A DNA stretch of 64,000 nucleotides from Lingula anatina (taxonomy: Eukaryota; Animalia; Brachiopoda), in NCBI GenBank assembly GCA_051362555.1, contig CM120641.1, forward strand, positions 25,116,401-25,180,400, in the 5' to 3' direction. The position numbers were made by a program, and so were the translations under genes. The notes under the pieces are model-generated. The model was not told the origin of the DNA and did not search any database. It worked only from the letters and a program-made list of their open reading frames with translations. Each line of letters starts with the position of its first letter. The stretch's first letter is position 1. Positions 53,820 to 64,000 of the stretch are shown here, one piece after another.

Positions 53820-53881
53820 AAATGATAAATAGCTTTTCTATTCATTTTGTAGCCTATGTAATGAGCTGAGTTGAAACGAAT

Positions 53882-55238
53882 ATGGGTCTGAGATACTGCA
53901 TAACCATATGGCTATTTTGCACTGCTATTCTGGGATGTTTCCAAACATCAGCATCTGTACCTGCAGCAGTATCTTTCCCTGGTGGAGCAACATCATCTTC
54001 AGCTGTTGCAGCATCTTCATCTTACATAGCAGCTTCATCTGTAGCAGCCTCTGGATCAAGTGCAGCATCAGCATCTTCATCTGCAGCAGCAAGATCTTCA
54101 TCTGTAGCAGCATCTTCACCTGTTGCAGCATCTTCATCTGACATAGCAGCAGCATCTTCATCTGCAGCAGCATCTACATCTGCAGCAGCATCTTCACCTG
54201 TCAACATTGTCAACAGTCAACAGTCAACAGTAGAGACAACATCATTCACAACAGAGTCAAAATCATCTGCAGAATCAACAATGTCTACACTAGAGACAGC
54301 TACTACAGAGTGGACAACATCAGCTGCAGAGTGGACAACAACTACAGGCTGGACAACATCAAGTACAGAGGAGACAACTACTACAGAAACGACTACATCT
54401 ACAATTATGACAACTGCAGATGGGGTAACATCAACTGCAGAGCAGACAACAGAATCACCTACATCTACACTGGAGACAACTACTGAATGGCCATCATCAA
54501 CTGCAGAGGAGACAACAGCAACTACAGATTCATCTAAATCTACACTAGATACAACAACTACAGAATGGCCAACATCAACTGCAGAGGAGACAGCATCAAC
54601 TACAGAATCATCTAAATCTACACTAGATACAACAACTACAGAATGGCCAACATCAACTGCAGAGGAGACAACAACAGAATCACCTACATCTACACTGGAG
54701 ACAACTACAGAGTGGCCAACATCAACTGCAGAGGAGACAACAGCAACTACAGAATCATCTAGATCTACACTAGGTACAACAACTACAGAATGGCCAACAT
54801 CGACTGCAGAGCAGACAACAACAACAACTACAGAATCATCTCATTCTTCACTAGATACAACAACTATAGATCGGGTAACATCAACTGCAGAGCAGACAGC
54901 AACAGAATCAACTACATCTACACAAAAGACAACTTCAGAATGGAAGTCATCAACTGCAGAGCCAACAACTTCTATGGAAACTACATCTCCTATAGAGACT
55001 ACTACAGAAGGAACAACATCAACTACAGAGACATTAACTACAGTGTGGAGTACGTCTACAATAGAGGCAACTACAGAAGGGCCAACATCAACTGCAGAAG
55101 AGACTACATCTACAATAGAGGCTACATCCTATGATCAGTCAACATTTTCCTCAGAAACATCTTCCTTTGTAGAAACAACAAATACAATTCCCACTGAAAT
55201 GCCAACAACCACCTCATTTCCAGTTAATGGACCAACAG
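53882..55238 (+). CDS. First coding exon of a secreted or cell-surface mucin-like protein (gene continues downstream)
   Basis: Acceptor ends at 53852; ATG 53882; signal peptide MGLRYCITIWLFCTAILGCFQTSA; Ala/Ser block, then Thr/Ser/Glu repeats; phase-1 donor cag|gtaggc at 55238/55239. Confidence 0.85.
54420..54910 (+). repeat. Coding minisatellite, ~63-75 nt units (TTTEWPTSTAEETTATTESSKSTLD)
   Basis: Repeated GAATGGCCAACATCAACTGCAGAGGAGACA core. Confidence 0.85.
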
Positions 55239-55450
55239 GTAGGCATGTAAAGATATTTATAAATGTTCACTCCTTTTTCATGGGTTTATTAGTCAGACAA
55301 AACTCTTTAAAGGTGGTTTGAGAATATTGTTGTACATGGTTCTTGAAATTACAAATTCTGTGTGGTTACAATACTTAACTCAGTGGTTCCCATTTGTGGA
55401 TTTTCCTACAATATAAACTGAAATTCTGGAATTTAGTAAGCTCCTTTATT

Positions 55451-58400
55451 AGATGTGTCTGTATATATTGCCATCACCTGCGTCTGTCATCGCCGTCGCC
55501 GATTCCGATGCCGATGCCAATGCCGTCGCCGTGCACTCTCCTTGTAAACACGATAAGTGGAGGGCAGTTATACTTTTTATGTACAGACACAGATGTGTCT
55601 GTACATATTGCCATCACCTGCATCTGTTGTCGCCAATGCCGATGCCGTCGCCGTGCACTTTCCTTGTAAACACAATAAGTGGAGGACAGTTTTACTTTTT
55701 GGCTTCATATTTACAGAGCTGATGAATATTCATAAAACGCAGGTCAAGTTAGAAAATCGGCATGATCGGGCCATTATTGTAGAAGTTATGCTGTTTTTTC
55801 ACTTTTCAGCATATATGCAACCCTGTAAACACATTTTAAGGAAAACTGTTAGGCCTGTTGTCATGAAACTCACAGGAGTAATCAATCTTACTAAAACGCA
55901 GGTCAAGTTTGAAAATCGGCATGATCGGGCCACTATTTTAGTAGTTATGCTTTTTTTTTTTTCATTTTTCAGCATATATGCAACACTGTAAACACAATAT
56001 AAGAAAAACAGATAGGCCAATTGTCATTAAACTCACAGGAGTGGTCAATCTTACTAAAACGCAGGTTGAGTTCGAAAATCAGCATAATCGGGGCATTATT
56101 TTAGAAGTTATACTGTTTTTTAACAGTCTCATTATTTAACTAATAAGATGCCTAAAAGTGTTTGTTTGACATTTCCTGCATCTTTACAACATTGTTAGTT
56201 GATTATGTAAAAATGATGGTAAACTTGTTATCGTGTATTGTGTAAAAAAGTTTCAAAAATGGAAATAAACTCATATTATTGCAGTTTGTCATATTCAATC
56301 ATTCATTAAGTTCAGAATCTCAGAATGGAGGAAATTGGACATTTATCACTGTTCTATTGATATTTTTCTCATCTCATCAATTTTCTTAGTTGATCATATT
56401 AAAATGGCAGTAAACTGTTAATTTTGTTTTATGTTAAAAAAGTGTTAAAAATGGAAATAAACCCATTTCAGAACAGTGCTGTCTTGTTTCACATTTCCTC
56501 AGATTCAATTCTTAGGCATGTTAACAGTTTCATTATTTAATTAATAAGATACGTAAAAGTGTTTGTTTGACATTTCCTGCATCTTTACAACATTGTTAGT
56601 TGATTTTGTAAAAATGATGGTAAACTTGTTATTGTGTATTGTGTAATAAAGTTTTGAAAATGGAAATAAACTCATATCATTGCAGTTTGTCAGATTCAAT
56701 CATTCACTATGTTCAGAATCTCAGAATGGAAGAAATTGGACATTTAACACTGCTCTATTGATATTTTTCCCATCTCATCAATTTTCTTAGTTGATCATAT
56801 TAAAATGGCAGTAAACTGTTAATTTTGTGTTATGTTAAAAAAGTGTTAAAAATGGAAATAAACCCATTTCAGAACAGTGCTGTCTTGTTTACGTTTTGGC
56901 ATTTTCAAGTTGTGACTTTGAATTTCCATGGGCCTGAAGACCTTTGCTAGTCACATTTTCTGAATATCCATTATACTAATATTTTATTATTAATATTGAT
57001 GGTCATTATGCTGTTAAACATTATGTAATATTGCATCAAAATTTGAATAAAACCTATTTTGGGCACTGCTCCCATGATGACCATTTGAGAGAAACCATGT
57101 CACTTACTGTCCTCAAACAGTACAGTAAATATATAAAGATGTGTCTGTACATATTGTCATTAAACTCACAGGAGTGGTAAATCCTGCTAAAACGCAGGTT
57201 GAGTTAAAAATCGGCATAATCGGGCCATTATTTTAGAAGTTATGCTGTTTTTCACATTTCCTCAGATTCAATTCTTAGGCATGTTAACAGTTTCATTATT
57301 TAATAAATAAGATACGTAAAAGTGTTTGTTTGACATTTCCTGCATCTTTACAACATTGTTAGTTGATTTTGTAAAAATGATGGTAAACTTGTTATAGTGT
57401 ATTGTGTAATAAAGTTTCAAAAATGGAAATAAACTCATATCATTGCAGTTTGTCAGATTCAATCATCCACTATGTTCAGAATCTCATAATGGAAGAAATT
57501 GGACATTTAACACTGCTCTATTGATATTTTTCCCATCTCATCAATTTTCTTAGTTGATCACATAAAAATGGCAGTAAACTGTTAATTTTGTTTTATATAA
57601 AAAATTGTTAAAAAAGGAAAAAAAAAAACATTTCAGAACAGTGCTGTTTTGTTTACGTTTTGGCATTTTTAAGTTGTGACTTTGAATTTCCATGGGCCTG
57701 AAGACCTCTGCTAGTCACATTTTCTGAATATCCATTATACTTATATTTTATTATTAATATTGATGGTCATTATGCTGTTAAACATTATGTAATATTGCAT
57801 CAAAATTTGAATAAAACCTATTTTGGGCACTGCTCCCATGATGACCATTTGAGAAAAACCATGTCACTTACTGTTCTCAAACAGTACAGTAAATATATAA
57901 AGATGTGTCTGTACATATTGCTATCACCTGCGTATGTCGTCGCTGTCATCGCTGTCACCGTGCACTTTCATTGTAAACATGATAAGTGGAAAGCAGTTTT
58001 ACTCTATATTTACAGAGCTGATGAATATTCATAAAACGCAGGTCAAGTTCTAAAATTAGCATGATCGGGCCATTATTGTAGGAGTTATGCTGTTTTTTCA
58101 CTTTTTAGCAAATATGCAACACTGTTAACACATTTCAAGAAAAACCGATAGGCCTGTTGTCATGAAACTCACAGGAGTAATTGATCTTACTAAAACGCAG
58201 GTCAAGTTAGAAAATCTGCATGATTGGGCCACTTTTTTTTAGTAGTTATGCTTTTTTTATGTACAGACACAGATGTGTCTGTACATATAGCCATCATCTG
58301 CGTCTGTCGTCGCCGTCGTCGCTGTCGTCGCCGTCACCGTCGCCGTCGCCGTGCACTTTTACCGATAACACGATAAGTGGAAAACCATTTTGCCTTTTGA

Positions 58401-61400
58401 TTTGAAACTTGCAGAACTGATGAATATTCATAATACGCAGGTCAAGTTCGAAAATCAGCATGATCGGGTCACTCTTAGGGAATTTATGCTGTTTTTTCAC
58501 TTTTTTCAACATATATGCAGCACCGATAACACGATAAGTGGAAAACCATTGTACCTTTTGACTTGAAACTTACAGAACTGATGAATATTCATAATATGCA
58601 GGTCAAGTTCGAAAATCGGCATGATTGGGCCATTTTTAGGGAATTTATGCTGTTTTTTCATTTTTTCAGCATATATGCAGCACCGATAACACAGTAAGTG
58701 GAAAACCATTTTACCTTTTGGCTTGAAACTTACAGAACTGATGAAAATTCTTAATACGCAGGTCAAGTTGGAAAATCAGCATGATTGGGCCATTTTTAGG
58801 GAATTTATGCTGTTTTTTCACTTTTCAATATAAATGCAACACTGATAACACAATATAAGAAAAACGGATTGGCCAATTGGCATTATATTCACAGGAGTGG
58901 TCAATCTTACTAAAACGCAGGTCAAGTTTGAAAATCAGCAAGATCGGGCAATTTTTATGGAAGTTATCCTGTTTTTTTTTTTTTCAATTTTTTCAGCACT
59001 TTTATAACACCGATAACATGATAAGTGTAAAAATGTTTTTCCTTTCCTTGGATTGAAATTTACAGAACTGGTGAATATTTATAATACGCAGGTCAAGTTT
59101 GAAAATTGGCATGATTGGACTATTTTTACAAAAGTAATGCTGTTTTTTTTCCCTTTATTCAGCATATATGCAACACTGATAACGCATTTTAAGGAAAACC
59201 AATCAGCCTTTTGTCTTGCAACTCACAGGAGTGATCAATCTGATCAGTATACAGATCATGTTTGAAAATAAGCTTGATCAGTTAAGTTTTGATGAAGTTA
59301 TTAGCCTTTTTGTATATAAGTGGTTTTTCTTCAGATTTAATTCTTAAGCATGTTAACAGTCACATAACGGTACTAATTGGATATGTTAAAGTGTTGTTTT
59401 AACATTTTCTGCTTCTTAACAATATTGTTAATTGATTATATAAAAATGACGGTAAACCTATTATCCTGCATTGTGTAATAAAGTATCAAAAATGGAAAGG
59501 AACTCATCATTGCAGTTCGTCAGATTCAATCATTCACTATGTTCAGAATCTCCAAATGGAGCTAATTGGACATTATAAATTGTTCTATTGATATTTTTCC
59601 TATGTCAACAATTTTCCTAGTTGATCATTTAAAAATGACAGTTAATTGATGATGGTTTTATGTAAAAAAGGTGTTGAAAATGGAAAGAAAATCATTTCAG
59701 TACAGTTATCTCTTGTTAACATTTTGGCATTTTGAAAGTGTGACCCTAACTTCCATGTCCTTGGAGACCTTTCCATATCACATTTTCTGAATATCCATGA
59801 TACTTTTATTTTTTTATAAAAAATTTGATGGTCATTATACTGTTAAGTATTATGTTATATTGCATGAAAGTTAAAGAAAACCCTATTTTGGACACTGCTG
59901 CCAGGATAGCGATTAAGGGAAAACCATGCTACTTATGATAATCAACCTTACTGAAAAGACTGAAGTGCAGCTTGTGTTGGAAAACCATCGTAATTGCTTT
60001 CTGTTTTGAAAGCAATGCAGTACAGTGCTATTTGGTGCAATAAATGTATATGGATAGTAGGCAGTTAATTCAGGGTTATAAAATAATTTGCTTAATTGAT
60101 TTTCAAGTTATTTCAGGGTTATAAAATAATTTGCTTAATTAATTTTCAAGTGGGTATTAAATGAGATTACATAAACACACATTGAGATTTCATTGTAAAG
60201 TCCCATCGCTTTAGCTTTCTTAACTGTGTCACATAATTAGGAATTGATGATTATTATGCAGGAAAATGTTATTTAATATGGAAAATAAGTTTACAAAAAA
60301 AATTTTGTGTAACGCTTACATTAATGCTAAAGATGAATAACAGTGCCTTATTATTCTCAAACTCAATAGGGTTATTCATATCATGTTAGTAATTGTACAG
60401 CTAGATTAAAAGTTTGAATAGCAGCTTTATTGGTATTTTTTGTTATGTTTTATTTTACATTTTCTTTTAATTTTTTTATGCTGTTTTTTCACTTTTTTCA
60501 ACATATATGCAACATTAATAACACAATATAAGAAAAACAGCTTAGCCAATTGTCATTATACTCACAGGAGTGGTCAATCTTACAAAAATGCAGGTTGAGT
60601 TTGAAAATCAGCGTTATCGGGCCATTATTTTAGAAGTTGTACTGTTTTTTCAAATTTCCTCAGATTCAATTCTTAGGCATGTTAACAGTCTCATTATTGA
60701 ACTAATAAGATGCCTAAAAGTGTTTGTTTGATATTTCCTGCATCTTTACAACATTGTTAGTTGATTATGTAAAAATGATGGTAAACTTGTTATCATGTAT
60801 TGTGTAATCAAGTGTCCAAAACGGAAATAAACTCATATCATTGCAGTTTGTCAGATTCAATCATCCACATCTGCCATGATGACCATGATGGGAAAACCGT
60901 GTTACTTATGATTGTCAAACTTTCAAAAAAGAAACACAGGACTAAAATGCAGCCCAAGTTGGAAAAGCAGTCTAATGGGCTTCTTTTTCTGGAAGTTATA
61001 CATTTTAGTGAAATATTCATTATCTTTTTGGCATATTCATTGTGGGACTCGGAGCTCCCATGGACATGAAGCCGGATGGTAATCAAATTTTCTACATGTT
61101 CATGCTATTTATAGTCAATAATCAAAAATTGGTGATAATTATTCTATAATTTGTTATGTAATGTTACATCAAAATTGACAATCTTTTTGCACTGCTACTG
61201 CAAACATTATGAAAAGAAAACTGTGTTATTTATTATTATATTTAACTTAAGAGTATGATTTTTAGGATTGGCATGCAGTTCAAATTAGAAAGCCAGGTCA
61301 ATTGGGTTATCATTTATTATTGAATTTAATGCAATTTTGTGTGAAATTTCATTTTTCTCATTCTGGCACTTTCTAAGTATAAACTTGAACTCTGATGGGC

Positions 61401-64000
61401 CTGAAGCCTTATGCTTTTACTTTTGTCGGTGTTACCTGTTGTGCAAAATTAAAATTTGATGTTGACTGTGCAGTTAAACATAATGTATTATTGCATCAGA
61501 AGTGGTAGTCTCCTATTTTGTGCAATATTGTTTTGTGCTCTTCTTAAGTTGTGACTTATGGGCCTGAAAGACCTTTGAGAGGGTCAGTCTATAAATTTCC
61601 CTTGGGTATCACTTCGCTAATTTCAGTTATAAAGTAATTTGCCTAATTGATAGGCTACATAAAGCACACTTGTGATTTGAGATTACATAAAGCACACTTG
61701 TTGATATTTCCCTGTAAACTCCCATAGGTTAAGCTCTCTGCTAGATTAATAATAAGGAAGCAGTGATAATTATGCAGGTAAATTTTGTTTAATATTGCAA
61801 ATAAGTTTTATATATATATATCAAACTGAAAGATTAAAAGTTTGAATAGCAGCTTCATTGGAATTATATTTACCTCTGCCAAGGAGGTTATATTTTCACC
61901 CCTGTTTGTCATCAACATAACTCAAAAAGTTATGGACCGATTTTGCTGAAATTTTCAGGAACTGTCAGAAGTGGGCCAAAGAGGACAAAAATCAATAATA
62001 ATCAACAATTGCTACCTTGGCAGAGGTCTGCACTCTCGGAGTGCTTTTCTAGTTTTGTTATGTTTTCCTTTATAATTTTTTCTCAAACACTTGCATTTGT
62101 GACTTTTAACTCTCATCCGCCTGAGACTCTGACATTTCTGTATTTCCACATAAGCAGTTGTATTGTTTTTTATGTCTTTAAACATTATATTACTTATGTA
62201 ATATTATTTTATGCACTGTCATCATTTTTCAAATATTGAGACTTACATCATGTGGATTTGAACTCTCATGGTCCTGAAACTGTAATCTTATTGAAAGGGT
62301 AGATTGAGACCATCTTCTGGGACTTCCGGAAGACAGTCAGGTTATTAAGTTTATATTGCCTGGTATCTATTTTTTCTTCTGTTGGAAGACCATCAAAATG
62401 GAGGATGGATCAAAATAGATACTTTGGAATACTGTCAGAGAATATCTCTGGGTCCGCTCATGTTATTGACCATTTTACCTGTTGTGCATGATTATAAAAT
62501 TCAGTGTTGACTGATAGTGCTATTATAAGCATTATTTATTATTGCATCAAAATTAACAAAATGACCTTTTTTGCATCTTTATTTTCTGTTTTTTGTCTGT
62601 ACATTTGACAGCTTTGCTGCCTTGTTTTTCACTTTTCAGCCTATATGCAACACTGTTAGCACAATATAAGAAAAACAGATAGGCCAATTGTCATTAAACT
62701 CACAGGATTGGTCAATCCTGCTAAAACGCAGGTTGAGTTAAAAATCGGCATAATCGGGCCATTATTTTTGAAGTTATGCTGTTTTTCACATTTCCTCAGA
62801 TTCAATTCTTAGGCATGTTAACAGTTTCATTATTTAATTAATAAGATGCGTAAAAGTGTTGGTTTGACATTTCCTGCATCTTTACAACATTGTTAGTTGA
62901 TTTTGTAAAAATGATGGTAAACTTGTTATCATGTATTGTGTAATAAAGTTTCAAAAATGGAAATAAACTCATATCATTGCAGTTTGTCAGATTCAATCAT
63001 TCACAATGTTCAGAATCTCAGAATGGAAGAAATTGGACATTTAACACTGCTCTATTGATATTTTTCCCATCTCATCAATTTTCTTAGTTGATCGTATAAA
63101 AATGGCAGTAAACTGTTAATTTTGTTTTATGTAAAAAATTGTTAAAAATGGAAAAAAAACATTTCAGAACAGTGCTGTCTTGTTTACGTTTTGGCATTTT
63201 CAAGTTGTGACTTTGAAATTCCATGGGCCTGAAGACCTTTGCTAGTCACATTTTCTGAATATCCATTATACTAATATTTTATTATTAAAATTGATGGTCA
63301 TTATGCTGTTAAACATTATGTAATATTGCATCAAAATTTAAAAAAAACTATTTTGGGCACTGCTCCCATGAAGACCATTTAAGAAAAACCATTTACTGTT
63401 CTCAAACTTACAGGAAAGAAACATGGGACTAAAATACAGCTTCAGTAGGCAATGCAGTCTGTAGTTCTTTCTGCCAGTTAAACAGTTTTTTTGTGAAAAT
63501 TTAATTTTTTCACATATTGGCATTTTCAAGGTGTGACTTTGAAGTTCCACAGGCTTGAAGACCCATGCTAGTCACATTTTCTGAAAATCCATGATACGTA
63601 TATTTCATTATTAAAATTTGACTGTAATTATGCTGTTAACTATTATGTAATATTGCATCAGAATAGAAGAATACACAATTTTGGGTGCTGCTGCCATGAT
63701 GACCATTATGGGAAAACCATGTTAATTATGATTGCCAAACGTTCAAAAAAGAAATACAGGACTAAAATGCAGCCTGAATTGAAAAAGCAGTCTAATTGGC
63801 TTCTTTTTCTGGAAGTTATACATTTTCAAAGTGTGAACTTGAACTCCCATGGGCCTGAAGTCTTATGCTTGTTACACATTTTACTTACAAATTTGGTATT
63901 ACCTGTTGAGCATAATTAAAATTTGATGTTGAATTTGCAGTTTAACATAATGTACTTTTGCATCAGAATTGACAGTAGCCTATTTTGTTATTCCCTGCTT
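55451..64000 (+). mobile_element. Cluster of nested and tandem HINE family A copies in the mucin-gene intron
   Basis: 5' modules at 55451, 55579, ~57900 and 58259; 3' end at 62626, after which the interrupted outer copy resumes; the cluster runs off the window end. Confidence 0.85.
61871..62054 (+). mobile_element. Small HINE family B element
   Basis: TACCTCTGCCAAGGAGG ... CCTTGGCAGAGGT subTIR, hairpin GCACTC-TCG-GAGTGC, CTAGTT end; an empty-site paralog lies at ~60420-60450. Confidence 0.8.

Noticed and set aside
53908-54213. Alternative-frame and antisense ORFs (CSSIFI, KMLLQM, EDAA repeats)
   Set aside because: By-products of the Ala/Ser codon repeats in the mucin exon.

Overview
AT-rich, intron-containing animal (invertebrate-type) genomic DNA, heavily colonised by DNA transposons; no prokaryotic, rRNA, tRNA or CRISPR features were seen. 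Host genes, all on +: (1) the last exon of a large disordered protein (338-2153); (2) a single-exon ZP-domain membrane protein with a 1-nt frameshift (6987-8336); (3) a broken DUS4L tRNA-dihydrouridine synthase gene with no recognisable catalytic middle exons (31325-39563); (4) the first coding exon of a secreted Ala/Ser- and Thr-rich mucin-like protein (53882-55238). The most notable object is an ~11.5 kb element bounded by inverted repeats (19553-31012). Its 10-exon spliced ORF encodes a CaRF/ALS2CR8-type DNA-binding domain fused to a Mutator (MULE) DDE transposase and a truncated SWIM finger. Other mobile DNA: about ten copies or fragments of a Helentron-type non-autonomous element (HINE) carrying 161-bp satellite-like arrays, all in + orientation and often nested; three CAG..CTG elements with 5-bp TSDs (hAT5-like); a ZNF862-like hAT transposase remnant; a mariner remnant; Harbinger and Tc1 MITEs; LINE fragments; and a 1.5 kb foldback with ~580-bp arms. 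All homology calls are from motif recognition by eye; no searches were run.
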